DNA of 63,895 nucleotides, filler included, from an uncultured Methanosarcinales archaeon (GTDB lineage: Archaea > Nanobdellota > Nanobdellia > Woesearchaeales > JABMPP01), in assembly GCA_964604995.1 (NCBI GenBank). It is 7 parts of 7 records of this genome, joined end to end, with 100 filler letters (N's around TTAATTAATTAA, not from the genome) between each part and the next. Parts side by side here need not be neighbours in the genome. Positions count along the whole stretch, not along the records: positions 31,141 to 41,026 come from CAZSAD010000047.1; positions 41,127 to 50,177 come from CAZSAD010000048.1; 5 more parts are not named here. One strand, given 5' to 3'. The notes beneath the pieces are model-generated. The model made no database searches. It was not told the DNA's origin and saw nothing but the letters and a program-made list of their open reading frames with translations. Position 1 is the first letter of the stretch, and each line of letters begins with the position of its first letter. Shown here piece by piece: positions 31,669 to 41,736 of the stretch. A program made the position numbers and the translations under genes.

Positions 31669-31808
31669 CACTTCTCGTCATGAAAGATTAGTTTCTCGTC
31701 CCAAATTAGTTTATCGTCATTAACCATAAGCTATATAAACTTAAGAAAGAAAATATTCTATAACAAAGACTCAGCAATTACTTTTGCAGTGTTTCAGTGA
31801 CGGGAAAC
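31669..31808. repeat. Repeated TT(C/A)TCGTC-type motifs around the promoter of the Rhs-like operon
   Basis: CACTTCTCGTC (31669), ATTAGTTTCTCGTC (31687), ATTAGTTTATCGTC (31705), and inverted GACGGGAAAC (31799). Confidence 0.65.
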
Positions 31809-31827
31809 ATCATTCAGGGGGTAAAGA

Positions 31828-32463
31828 ATGAAACTGCAAAGAATATTCAAAATTGGCATTGTCTTTATTCTATGTCTTGTATTTTTTGCTATCTATTCAT
31901 TTTCAAATCATTCATCTCAAGTTTATGCTCAGGAACAGCCATCTGAAAATTTACCAGTCCAAGAGGGACAATCAACTGATATTCTTTCCGCAGAGAAATC
32001 AATTTCTAAAATAGAAGACTGCAAAGATGTTTCTTATGAAGAAGATGAATTAATTTTTGAAGATTGCGAACAATCAAAATATTTTGTAACATGCGATGAA
32101 CTTAATCAAACTTGTTATAATAATACAATTAATTATAACACCACATGTGAAGTAGTAAAAAAAGTTTCAAAAATAAAACAGACTTGTGAACAAAAAGGAA
32201 TTTTTGTCAAACAAAAATTCAAACTGGATTTTGATTCTGATTACACTTGTCTGCCTTCAGAAGATAGTGAAAAAGTAACGATTCTTTGCGATAGCAAACT
32301 TGATGGTAATGGTGATGGAAAGTGTCAAGCAGGGGAAACTTGTATTAAATTTGAAGTACAAGGTAACAATTTAAAAAAATATTACAGGAATTCAAGACCT
32401 GACTTTGTTGAAAATGATCCCACGTTTAGACAAAAAGAAATAAATATGGTGGAGATAAAATGA
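31828..32463 (+). CDS. Secreted or membrane-anchored Cys-rich protein
   Basis: N-terminal hydrophobic signal; about ten Cys; CDSKLDGNGDGKCQAGETC; overlaps the next gene (ATGA). Confidence 0.8.
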   Translation: MKLQRIFKIGIVFILCLVFFAIYSFSNHSSQVYAQEQPSENLPVQEGQSTDILSAEKSISKIEDCKDVSYEEDELIFEDCEQSKYFVTCDELNQTCYNNTINYNTTCEVVKKVSKIKQTCEQKGIFVKQKFKLDFDSDYTCLPSEDSEKVTILCDSKLDGNGDGKCQAGETCIKFEVQGNNLKKYYRNSRPDFVENDPTFRQKEINMVEIK

Positions 32464-33845
32464 AAAATATAATTTTAACTCAAATAATCATATTCTTATT
32501 TCTTTTTAGTATTGGTTATACAAACGCATTACCTCTTACTTCAAACATAGCACATGTTTATTCATTCGATACATCAAAAAATCCAACAACTAATTATTTA
32601 GTAGATGAAGTGGGTAATTTGAATTTTAGCTCTGCAGGTATTACACAAAACCAGTCAGGAAAAAAAGGAGAGAGTTATTTATTTGGAAGTTATTTGTCAA
32701 AAAGCGGGACATTAGATTTAACAGGAAATCCTAATCTAACAATCTCAATTTGGGTGAAATACACTGCTACAACAAATTTTATGAATATAATGCATGTATC
32801 TAATACTGCTCCAAATTTTATTTGGGGGGTCAATTGGGGTTCAACTGGAAATATTAATGTTGGTTTAAATAGTGCAGATGTTACAATCTCGGGTAGTTAT
32901 AATGATGGAAATTGGCACAACCTTGTAACTAGAATTTATTCTAACAATAATTCTTTTGAAGTATTTGTAGATGGAGCTTACAAAGGAAGACAGACAATAG
33001 GCACCTACAGTTTAAGTAACAGTTACTTTTATTTAGGTTATCAAGAGAGTACATCTGGAAGAGATTATACAGGTTACATGGATGAATTTTATATCTGGAA
33101 TAGGACATTATCTAATTCAGAAATCCTAGAATTGAATAGTACATTTTATCCTTTCCCTTCGAGTTCAGATATTTATGTTGCGAATAATACCTTTTCAAAT
33201 TATTCAATTAATTTTACATCAGAAGGTGGACAAAATTGTGGGTATGGTACATTAGGACAATATGTAGCTTGTGGACCAACAGATGAGGAAACTCCTACAT
33301 TTAAATTTAAAACACAAGGCTATGCAACATGTAAATTATGGAATGAATCTTTAAATTATACTTCATTAAATAATAAGAATATCTCAGATTGTGCTACAAC
33401 AGGATACTATGATCATGTTTGTACCTTCCCTTCACCATTATTAGAAGCTACACATACATTGTATATTTCTTGTAAAAACTCAGACAATACTCAGCTAAAT
33501 AACTTTAGCTTATCTCCATCAAATTCATTTAATATTACTATAAATGTATCTGCTGCAATTGACGGTGCCATAACTGAAGGGATTACAAATAGTGTAGTTT
33601 GGCCAGGTGCAACACTTTATACAAACCAGCAAGTCTATTTAAGAAATTTAAATAATCAGCAAGTTTTAGGAAGAGTTGACAAAGTTGTTGTTTATGGAAA
33701 TCAAAGATGGCTAATTAATTATGATTCTTCAACTTTGAATTTGTTTAATTTAACACCTGTAGTTTATAGTTTGGAAATGGCAAATATTACAACTATACAA
33801 ATAAAGTCAAGAGTTGCTCAATTTATTAATTTAACAAAGAACTAA
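32460..33845 (+). CDS. Secreted LamG/concanavalin-like domain protein
   Basis: Signal peptide; TISIWVK, DGNWHNLV, VFVDG, YTGYMDEFYIWNRTLSNSEI. Confidence 0.88.
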   Translation: MKNIILTQIIIFLFLFSIGYTNALPLTSNIAHVYSFDTSKNPTTNYLVDEVGNLNFSSAGITQNQSGKKGESYLFGSYLSKSGTLDLTGNPNLTISIWVKYTATTNFMNIMHVSNTAPNFIWGVNWGSTGNINVGLNSADVTISGSYNDGNWHNLVTRIYSNNNSFEVFVDGAYKGRQTIGTYSLSNSYFYLGYQESTSGRDYTGYMDEFYIWNRTLSNSEILELNSTFYPFPSSSDIYVANNTFSNYSINFTSEGGQNCGYGTLGQYVACGPTDEETPTFKFKTQGYATCKLWNESLNYTSLNNKNISDCATTGYYDHVCTFPSPLLEATHTLYISCKNSDNTQLNNFSLSPSNSFNITINVSAAIDGAITEGITNSVVWPGATLYTNQQVYLRNLNNQQVLGRVDKVVVYGNQRWLINYDSSTLNLFNLTPVVYSLEMANITTIQIKSRVAQFINLTKN

Positions 33846-33857
33846 TCACAATGTACG

Positions 33858-36800
33858 ATGAAAACAAAATCATTTTGGCTTGTAATATTGTTTCTTGTAG
33901 TAATACAAACAGTTTATTCTGCTGATGATTACAAACCTTATTTGCATAAAGCAAGTATTCCTGAAAGTCCAAAGATAAGATTATTTGGACAATATGCAAC
34001 AAGTTTATTTCCAGGAGCTGCAACTTATTCTTATCAAATTGAAGTTCCGAAAGGTACAAATAATTTACAGCCTTCTTTAGTTTTATCATACAACAGTCAG
34101 GCAATGAAACAAAGACCCGGAATTGTTGGAGCAGGATGGTCTTTGTCTCAGGATTATATTTATCGAGATGTTAATGGAACATTAAATACAACAGCAGATG
34201 ATAATTTTATTCTTATTTTAGAAGGTAATCAATATCAGCTTATTTACAGCTTAGATGAAAAATGGCACACTGAAGTTGAATATTATTTTAGAGTTGAAAA
34301 TATTTCATCAACTAATAGTAATTACTGGCTTTTGACAAAACTAGATGGTACACAATATCGTTTTGGATACAATAATGATTCTATTGTTTTACAAAATTCA
34401 AGCCTTAACTATCCAATAAAATGGAATTTGGATTTAGTACAAGATACCCATGCTAATAACATTTATTATTTGTACCTAAAAAATCCAAATGCTGAAGATA
34501 TTGACGCAACCTATTTATCAAGTATAAAATATAACAATGACCAATTAAGAGAAATTAGATTTAGTTATGAACCAACTCAAAAGCCAGACAGTAGAATAGT
34601 TTTTGAGCAGGGTAATTTACTTAAAGAGAGCAGAAGATTAAATGAAATCCAAATTTATACAAATAATAATTTAGTTAGAAAATATAAAATAAATTATACA
34701 CTTCTAAATCCTTCACTATCAACAATAAATTTAATCAGTTACATTGGTTCAGATAATGTTTCTATTTTACACAATATAACATTTGATTATTATCAATCAG
34801 AAGCAGGATATACCAATTCAACTCTTATTTGGAAAGCACCAATATTATTTTCAGATGACAGCCACACTGACTTTGGAGTTAGGCTTGCTGATGTAAATAA
34901 TGATGGCTTTGTAGATATTATTGAAAGCAAGCCAACAAGCAAAAGAACATGGCTTAATGATAAAACAAGCAACTGGACACTTTCTTCAAGCTGGACAATG
35001 CCAATTGACATTGTCAACAGTGTAAATGCAGATGAAGGAGTAAGATTTGAAGATGTAAATAAAGATGGATTTGTGGATATTATAAAATCAAAAAATGGAG
35101 CAAGAAATGTTTATTTGAATAATGGCACTGGCTGGAATCTTTCTTCATGGAGCATTCCAATTGATTTTGTTGATTCTTCAGGAAATGATTTGGGGGTTCA
35201 GTTAGCTGATGTAAATGGAGATGGCTTTGTTGATATTGTGCAAGCTAATTCCGGAACAAGAAATGTCTATCTAAATACTGGCTCTGGCTGGACATTATCA
35301 TCTTGGATTATGCCAACTGATTTTCTTAGCAGTGGAGATACCGGAGTTAGAATTGTTGATATTAATGGCGATGGCTTACCTGATTTAATTAAAAGCAAAG
35401 ATGGAACAAGAAATGCATGGCTAAATAACGGCTTTGGCTGGGTTGATTATAGTAACATATGGAACCCACCAATTGATTTTGCATCTTCAACTTATTCTGA
35501 TAATGGAATAAGGCTTTTGGATGTTAATTTAGATGGGTTGCTTGATTTGCTTGAAGATTTTAAAAATGGCACAACAATTGTAAACAGGGCATGGATAAAT
35601 AATGGCTCTGGCTGGATACAAAATAATTCTTGGCAATCTCCTCAGGCATTTACAACAAATGGTTATAATATTGGAATAAGGCTTGGAGATTTAAATGGAG
35701 ATGGCTTTGCTGATATTCTTGTTTCGCATAAAGATGCAAGCATGCAATACACTTTTGTGAAAAATACAACTCTTCCTTATATGCTAAAAAATATAAGAAA
35801 TGAATTTGGAGGCTTAACTTCAATAAATTATTCTGTTTCTACAAAATTTAACAATACGGAAGATGGATTATCCAAAATTGGATTTAATATTTTTGTTGTG
35901 AATAATATCAATGTCAATAATTCAATGCCTTATCCATTTAATATTACTGCTCTAACATTTTACAATTATTCTTTTGGAAAGTATAATTATTTGAATTCTG
36001 AATTTAGGGGCTTTGGTCAAAGCACCGAAATCAAACCTTATTCAATTGTAAAGCATTATTTTTATCAGGACAGTCCAAGAAGAGGAAAAGAATATAAAAG
36101 TGAAATATTTGATTTGAATAATAATATTTATTCTTCCAATGTTTATGATTATAATTACACTTATGGTGGTTACATCTATAATTTAACATTAAGAAGCTCT
36201 GCTAGTTATCTTTATGATGGAATTAATGATAGTCCAATAATAAACACAAAAAATTATACTTATGATAATTATCAAAGACTAATCTCTGTTATTGAATTAA
36301 ATAGTGAAAAAACAACTAATTACACTTATGCAACAAATAGGCAATATTGGATTATGGATAAAGTTACATCAACTTCTTTGTATGATAGCAATAATGAATT
36401 AGTTTCCCAGTCAAAATATTATTATGATAATTTGGGCTTTGGCGCAGTTGCAAGCAAAGCTGATTTAACAAAAACTGAAAAATGGAATAATTTTGGCAAC
36501 AATTCATTTAATTATTTTAGTTATGATGATTACGGAAATGTTTTATCTTCAACTGATTCGCTTGGATATTCAACAAAATACAGCTATGATTCACTAAATA
36601 CTTATCTTGCTTCCATAAGAAATGCACTTGGGCATATTACCTATTATTCTTATGACACTGGAACAGGAAATCTAATTTACCAAGAGAAAAATGGCATCAG
36701 GCAGAATTATTACTATGACACATTTGGAAGAATATTAAAAGAAATCCAGCCTTATGATTCAAATGTTTCTCCAACAAAAACTTACCAGTACAATTTCGAT

Positions 36801-39464
36801 GGGATTTCACCTGAAAGCATTTTAGTTTCATTAAAAACAACTGCAAACAAAACTTCTAAAATTACTTATTTTTATGATGGCTTTGCAAATCTAATTCAAT
36901 TGAAATCTGATGCAGACTCAAATCAGATTGTAAAAAATATTTTTTATGACTCTGAATTTAAAGTAAGCTTTGAACAAAATCCTTACTTTGCAACTTATTC
37001 AAATAATATTTCAGATGTTTCTTCAATTGAAAATTACACTTATTATTCATATGATACCTTAGGAAGAGTTGTTTCTGTTTTAAATCCTGATGGCACAAGA
37101 AAAAATACTATTTTTAATCATTCCACTATAACAGACTATGATGAGAATAACAATAAGCACACTTATGTCTTAGATAATTTTGGTAGAATAATCAATGTTT
37201 TGGAATATAATACAAATGATGTTTACATAAATGAAACTTACAATGCAAGTTATTCTTATGATGCAAATGATAATTTAATAAAAATTGTTGATACCAAAGG
37301 AAATAACTTTATTTTTGGATATGACTCTTTGGGAAGAAAGATTTCCCTATCTGACCCTGATTTGGGCTATTGGACCTATTCTTATGATGGAAATAGTAAT
37401 CTTATTACACAAACAGATAGCAGAGGAACAACAATAAGTTTGAATTATGATATACTTAATAGAATTATTTTTAAGACAACATCTGATAAAACTGTGCAAA
37501 TGGCTTATGATAATCAGTATTATGGAACTTTAAGCAATATTACTTCAAGCAATATCAGTCTTGTTTATACTTATGATAAAAGAATGCGAGTATCAAAGGA
37601 AGCAATGAACTTGTTTGGGAATAACTTTGAAACTTCTTATCTTTACGACTCACAAAACAGAATTATTTCAATTGAAGGCTTAAGCGAACTGGATTTCCTC
37701 TACAATTCTCAAGGCAAAATAAATTCAATTCCAGGTTTTATTGACAACTCTTCTTACAATGCAATTGGTTCAATTTCAACAAGAAGCTACAAAAATGGAT
37801 TAGCATCTTCATTTATTTATTATCCTGACAATAAAAGATTAAAATCAATTAGTGTTCCAAATGTGCAAAATCTTTCATATGTTTATGATTCAGTTGGCAA
37901 TATTCTTTCGATAAATGACAATGCAAATAATCTTGCTTATTCAATGCAGTATGACAATCTTGACAGATTAAAACAAACAAACATTGGAAACAACAGATAT
38001 GCATATTCTTATGATGCATTAGGCAATGTGATGAAAATTGTTAAAAATAATGAAAGCAAGAAATTTGTTTACAATGGCAATCAGGCACATGCTCCATCTA
38101 CAATATTGGAAGGGGTAACTGGAATAGATGTTTATAATCTTAAAGATACAAATATCCAAACAAGAAACAGAACATTTGAATTTTATTTGGTTAATGATGG
38201 ATTAATAGCATTAACAGGAATCAACTACACAATTTTCTTTGGAGATGGTTCTTCTTATAACATAACTAATCTTACAATAATTAATTACACAAAAATAAAT
38301 GTATCGCATAATTATTCTTATGCAGGAAAATATAATATCAATGTTTCAGCTTATTCTTTTAATTCAACTGATTTTGAACGGTTGAATGCAAAGTTTGGAA
38401 CAAGGATAAACAAGCCAAAAATAATTTATTCAAATATTTCGCAGAAGATGTTCGAAATTGTTATTTCAAATGATATGTTAGTTCAGGCAAGAAATGTTTC
38501 ATGGAATTGTTCTAATAACATTTCCTCTTTCCTTTTTACTGATTTAGATGGTAATCAAAGTCTGTATGATTATATTGCAACAAATTACACAACAGCTGGA
38601 ACCAAAATCTTTAATTGTACAACTAATAGTAATGATGGAATTGATTCAGCAACACTTTCTTTTACAATAAAAAGTTTAGAAATTGAAAATTATGATGTTT
38701 TATCTGTAAATTTAGGAAGAAGAATAATCTCCTTTAATGCAATTAATTATTTCTTGCCATCAACTTCTGTTATTTCAATGCTTTATGAAAACTCTAACTT
38801 TTCTTTTACTCCAACATTGACTTCAAATGAAGGAATATTTGTATTTATCGAGACAAATTACAGCAAAGATAATACAAACAGTTTCACAATAAATGCTTCA
38901 AGCAAATACACTGAAATTTTTACATATGAAGGGGCTTCAATTGAAGATTATTCAAGGCTAAATATCAATTACACAAGAAATGTTTTATTGTTTAAATTAA
39001 GAAACAAATGGAATTCTGGTTATTTAAATTGGAGTTACAATGGAAATACAAGCTCAACTTATGCAAATCAAAATGAAAGCATTTTTGCTTTTATTGAGCA
39101 GGATAGCTATTTACAAAACAAAAATGAAATTTCTGCTCTAACTTCAAGTTATACTGATAATTTAAAAGACCCATACATTAGAAAGCCAATTGAAATTAAT
39201 AATTTTAACACATTATCTGAAGGAAATAATACAATTAATGAACTTCTTATTCGAAATAATTTATTGACAGACCAATTCTTCCTCTGGAAATTCAATTCAG
39301 GAAAACAAAATATAACTTCATTAAATGCAACAAATTTAACTTCACTTAGTAATGTTTTTGTTTATGTTGCAACAAATTATTCTACTTCTGGAGTTTATAG
39401 AACTGAAGCATCTGTTAATTCTTCTTCTTACAATGACACGGAGCAAGAGGTGGCGGTTATATGA
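33858..39464 (+). CDS. Secreted SpvB / FG-GAP / YD (Rhs) repeat protein, TcB-TcC-like, with Ig/PKD-like C-terminus
   Basis: Signal peptide; GAATYSYQIEVPKG..LQPSLVLSYNS; seven DVNxDGxxD-type repeats; EFRGFG; many YDxxGR/YDxxGN repeats; IFFGDG..SHNYSYAGKYNI. Confidence 0.9.
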   Translation: MKTKSFWLVILFLVVIQTVYSADDYKPYLHKASIPESPKIRLFGQYATSLFPGAATYSYQIEVPKGTNNLQPSLVLSYNSQAMKQRPGIVGAGWSLSQDYIYRDVNGTLNTTADDNFILILEGNQYQLIYSLDEKWHTEVEYYFRVENISSTNSNYWLLTKLDGTQYRFGYNNDSIVLQNSSLNYPIKWNLDLVQDTHANNIYYLYLKNPNAEDIDATYLSSIKYNNDQLREIRFSYEPTQKPDSRIVFEQGNLLKESRRLNEIQIYTNNNLVRKYKINYTLLNPSLSTINLISYIGSDNVSILHNITFDYYQSEAGYTNSTLIWKAPILFSDDSHTDFGVRLADVNNDGFVDIIESKPTSKRTWLNDKTSNWTLSSSWTMPIDIVNSVNADEGVRFEDVNKDGFVDIIKSKNGARNVYLNNGTGWNLSSWSIPIDFVDSSGNDLGVQLADVNGDGFVDIVQANSGTRNVYLNTGSGWTLSSWIMPTDFLSSGDTGVRIVDINGDGLPDLIKSKDGTRNAWLNNGFGWVDYSNIWNPPIDFASSTYSDNGIRLLDVNLDGLLDLLEDFKNGTTIVNRAWINNGSGWIQNNSWQSPQAFTTNGYNIGIRLGDLNGDGFADILVSHKDASMQYTFVKNTTLPYMLKNIRNEFGGLTSINYSVSTKFNNTEDGLSKIGFNIFVVNNINVNNSMPYPFNITALTFYNYSFGKYNYLNSEFRGFGQSTEIKPYSIVKHYFYQDSPRRGKEYKSEIFDLNNNIYSSNVYDYNYTYGGYIYNLTLRSSASYLYDGINDSPIINTKNYTYDNYQRLISVIELNSEKTTNYTYATNRQYWIMDKVTSTSLYDSNNELVSQSKYYYDNLGFGAVASKADLTKTEKWNNFGNNSFNYFSYDDYGNVLSSTDSLGYSTKYSYDSLNTYLASIRNALGHITYYSYDTGTGNLIYQEKNGIRQNYYYDTFGRILKEIQPYDSNVSPTKTYQYNFDGISPESILVSLKTTANKTSKITYFYDGFANLIQLKSDADSNQIVKNIFYDSEFKVSFEQNPYFATYSNNISDVSSIENYTYYSYDTLGRVVSVLNPDGTRKNTIFNHSTITDYDENNNKHTYVLDNFGRIINVLEYNTNDVYINETYNASYSYDANDNLIKIVDTKGNNFIFGYDSLGRKISLSDPDLGYWTYSYDGNSNLITQTDSRGTTISLNYDILNRIIFKTTSDKTVQMAYDNQYYGTLSNITSSNISLVYTYDKRMRVSKEAMNLFGNNFETSYLYDSQNRIISIEGLSELDFLYNSQGKINSIPGFIDNSSYNAIGSISTRSYKNGLASSFIYYPDNKRLKSISVPNVQNLSYVYDSVGNILSINDNANNLAYSMQYDNLDRLKQTNIGNNRYAYSYDALGNVMKIVKNNESKKFVYNGNQAHAPSTILEGVTGIDVYNLKDTNIQTRNRTFEFYLVNDGLIALTGINYTIFFGDGSSYNITNLTIINYTKINVSHNYSYAGKYNINVSAYSFNSTDFERLNAKFGTRINKPKIIYSNISQKMFEIVISNDMLVQARNVSWNCSNNISSFLFTDLDGNQSLYDYIATNYTTAGTKIFNCTTNSNDGIDSATLSFTIKSLEIENYDVLSVNLGRRIISFNAINYFLPSTSVISMLYENSNFSFTPTLTSNEGIFVFIETNYSKDNTNSFTINASSKYTEIFTYEGASIEDYSRLNINYTRNVLLFKLRNKWNSGYLNWSYNGNTSSTYANQNESIFAFIEQDSYLQNKNEISALTSSYTDNLKDPYIRKPIEINNFNTLSEGNNTINELLIRNNLLTDQFFLWKFNSGKQNITSLNATNLTSLSNVFVYVATNYSTSGVYRTEASVNSSSYNDTEQEVAVI

Positions 39465-39541
39465 AAATTGCAATTGTTTATTCCAAATTATTTTCTGCAT
39501 TGGGCAAACTTTATATAACAATATTTATATACCATACATAA
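39461..39541 (+). pseudogene. Translationally coupled 26-codon ORF, possibly the remnant of the next operon gene
   Basis: ATGA overlap with the Rhs stop; GAGGTG SD upstream; MKIAIVYSKLFSALGKLYITIFIYHT*. Confidence 0.4.
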
Positions 39542-39643
39542 TCTAACTAGTTTATATTTTGGGAAGGTTAGTAAACGATTAATAAGACTAACTTCCAGTA
39601 TCAAAATCAAATTAGCTTTAAACAAAAAAAGAGTGTGATATTT

Positions 39644-41026
39644 ATGGCAAAAGAAAATAATCAAAATAATCAAGTAGTTAAAAAACAGCCAGAACAAAAA
39701 CAACCCTCTTCAGAGGAAGATAATAAACAAGTTGAATTTCTAAATTCACTTCCAAAAGAAGCAAGGCAAAAGCTTGAAGATATAAAAAAGAAACTTGAAT
39801 TATTCAAAGATGAACTCTTAAAAAAATTCGATAAATATATTGTAGGTGTAGCTTTACTCCCACCACCTTCGCCAAAAGAAGGTGAACAGCCAAATACTGA
39901 TAAAATAAATGTACTTATTCTAGTAGATGACTCCGATAGCCAAAGTATGTCTAAAGCAGAACTCAAAAGTAAGATTGGTACAATTATTGATGAAACATGT
40001 AAACAAGTTGATTCAAACATGGTTCCAAATACAGTAATCTTATCTGAGCTTTGGCAAAATACATACGATGCTAAATACGAACTTTTACAGATGATAGCTC
40101 TTGGCGCACCAATTTATGACAATGGTATGCTCTCAGCAATAAAAATTGCAGAAGTCCACAAAACTATGGTCATAAAAAAATTCGAGAAATATATTGTTAG
40201 CTATGTTCTAGCAGGTTCCTTAGTCCAGGGAAGAGCAACAAAAACTTCAGATATTGATGTTTGGATTGTAATTGATGATACTGATGTCAAGAAAATGACA
40301 AGAGCAGAACTCAAAGACAAGCTTCGTGCAATTATAATCGGAATGGGAATTGAAGCTGGCGAGTTAACAGGAATTAGAAATAAATTAAATATTCAAGTTT
40401 ACATTTTAACTGATTTTTGGGATAGCCTAAAAGAAGCAAATCCAATAATATTTACTTTGCTTCGAGATGGTGTTCCATTCTATGACAGGGGCATTTTCAT
40501 GCCATGGAAACAACTACTCAAACTTGGTAAAATTAAACCAAGTGCCGAAGCAATTGATATGTTCATGAGTTCAGGCGAGCAAATGTTAAGGCGCGTTGAA
40601 ATGAAGCTAAAAGAAATTGGCATGGAAGATATTTATTATGCAATTTTAACACCAGCCCAAGCGGCACTTATGATGTATGGCATTCCACCACCTGCTCCAA
40701 AAGAAACAGCTGAACTTATAAAACAAGTTTTTGTTGAAAAGGAAAAAATGCTTGATTTAAGTCAAGTCAAAATTTTAGAAAATGTAATTAAAATAAGAAA
40801 AGATATTGAGCACGGAACAAGAAAAGAATTATCCGGTTCGGAAGTTGACCAGCTTTTGAAAGATAGCGAGAAATTTTTAAAAGTAATTAAAAATTTATTT
40901 GCAAAAATAGAAATCAAGCGCGAAAAAGAAGATGTTGCAGGAATATATGAAAGTATTGTTACAATAGTTAGAGATATTTTAAGACTTGAAGGAGTTGAAA
41001 AAGTTCCTGAAGGCGAGATTGTTAAA
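39644..41026 (+). CDS. Nucleotidyltransferase-domain protein (two pol-beta-like NTase domains plus HEPN-like domain), 3'-truncated
   Basis: AGSLVQG..TSDIDVWIVIDD; degenerate earlier copy INVLILVDD; helical region YYAILTPAQAAL...RKDIEH. Confidence 0.8.
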
Positions 41027-41126
41027 NNNNNNNNNNNNNNNNNNNNNNNNNNNNNNNNNNNNNNNNNNNNTTAATTAATTAANNNNNNNNNNNNNNNNNN
41101 NNNNNNNNNNNNNNNNNNNNNNNNNN
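41027..41126. other. Artificial contig linker
   Basis: 100 bp of N with TTAATTAATTAA. Confidence 0.99.
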
Positions 41127-41127
41127 A

Positions 41128-41601
41128 TTAAAAATAATAGATACTGAAAATTTTATTCTTGATTGCACTAGGAAAAGTCCAGAAAAAATTAAAGAACTTC
41201 TTTTAGAACAAATAAATCAAAAAGATGTGCAACATAAAATTATAACAATAAGGCTTTTTGGTAAAATTTCACAAGGAAAAATTGGAGACATTAATTTAAG
41301 TGAAATAATATCCCATCTCTATACTATGAAAGCATATTTTGTAATGAAAAATACAAATAAGCTTGAAGCAGAAGGGTTTGAAGAAATTAAAGTACAATAT
41401 GCATCAGTGGAAGAAATAGAAGATAATTTAATTAAAGAGCATTTGGGTCAAGTGAAGATCGATGAAAATAATATCCAAAAAGAAAAAGAGTTGATAATAA
41501 ATCTTATGCACACACTTTCTTCTGAAAAAAATGAAGGTGAAAGGATAGTTGATTTTGAAAAAAGAATAAAAGAAAATATTTCTAAACTAATTGATGTTTA
41601 A
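41128..41601 (+). CDS. C-terminal part of a 5'-truncated gene, possibly Mre11/SbcD-like nuclease
   Basis: Frame open from the contig edge; IITIRLFGK..GKIGDINLSEI resembles an Mre11 capping domain; catalytic motifs are not in view. Confidence 0.5.
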   Translation, partial: LKIIDTENFILDCTRKSPEKIKELLLEQINQKDVQHKIITIRLFGKISQGKIGDINLSEIISHLYTMKAYFVMKNTNKLEAEGFEEIKVQYASVEEIEDNLIKEHLGQVKIDENNIQKEKELIINLMHTLSSEKNEGERIVDFEKRIKENISKLIDV

Positions 41602-41667
41602 CTAATGTATGACTATTTACATATGTAATTAATAATTAAGTCTATGTCTTGATAATTTTTAGTATAA

Positions 41668-41685
41668 CTTCAACTCAAGTTGAAG
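41668..41685. promoter_or_regulatory. Palindromic candidate operator upstream of a TATA box
   Basis: CTTCAACT-CA-AGTTGAAG; TTATATA at about 41698; ATG at 41737. Confidence 0.55.
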
Positions 41686-41736
41686 GCTAGCACAGCCTTA
41701 TATACTCAAGAGAATTACTACTAAAAGTGATACACA

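Noticed and set aside
37340..37400. DPDLG motif in the Rhs protein as the autoprotease site
   Set aside because: It lies in the middle of the YD repeats (LSDPDLGYWTYSYD), a common internal repeat motif, not the terminal PxxxxDPxG core
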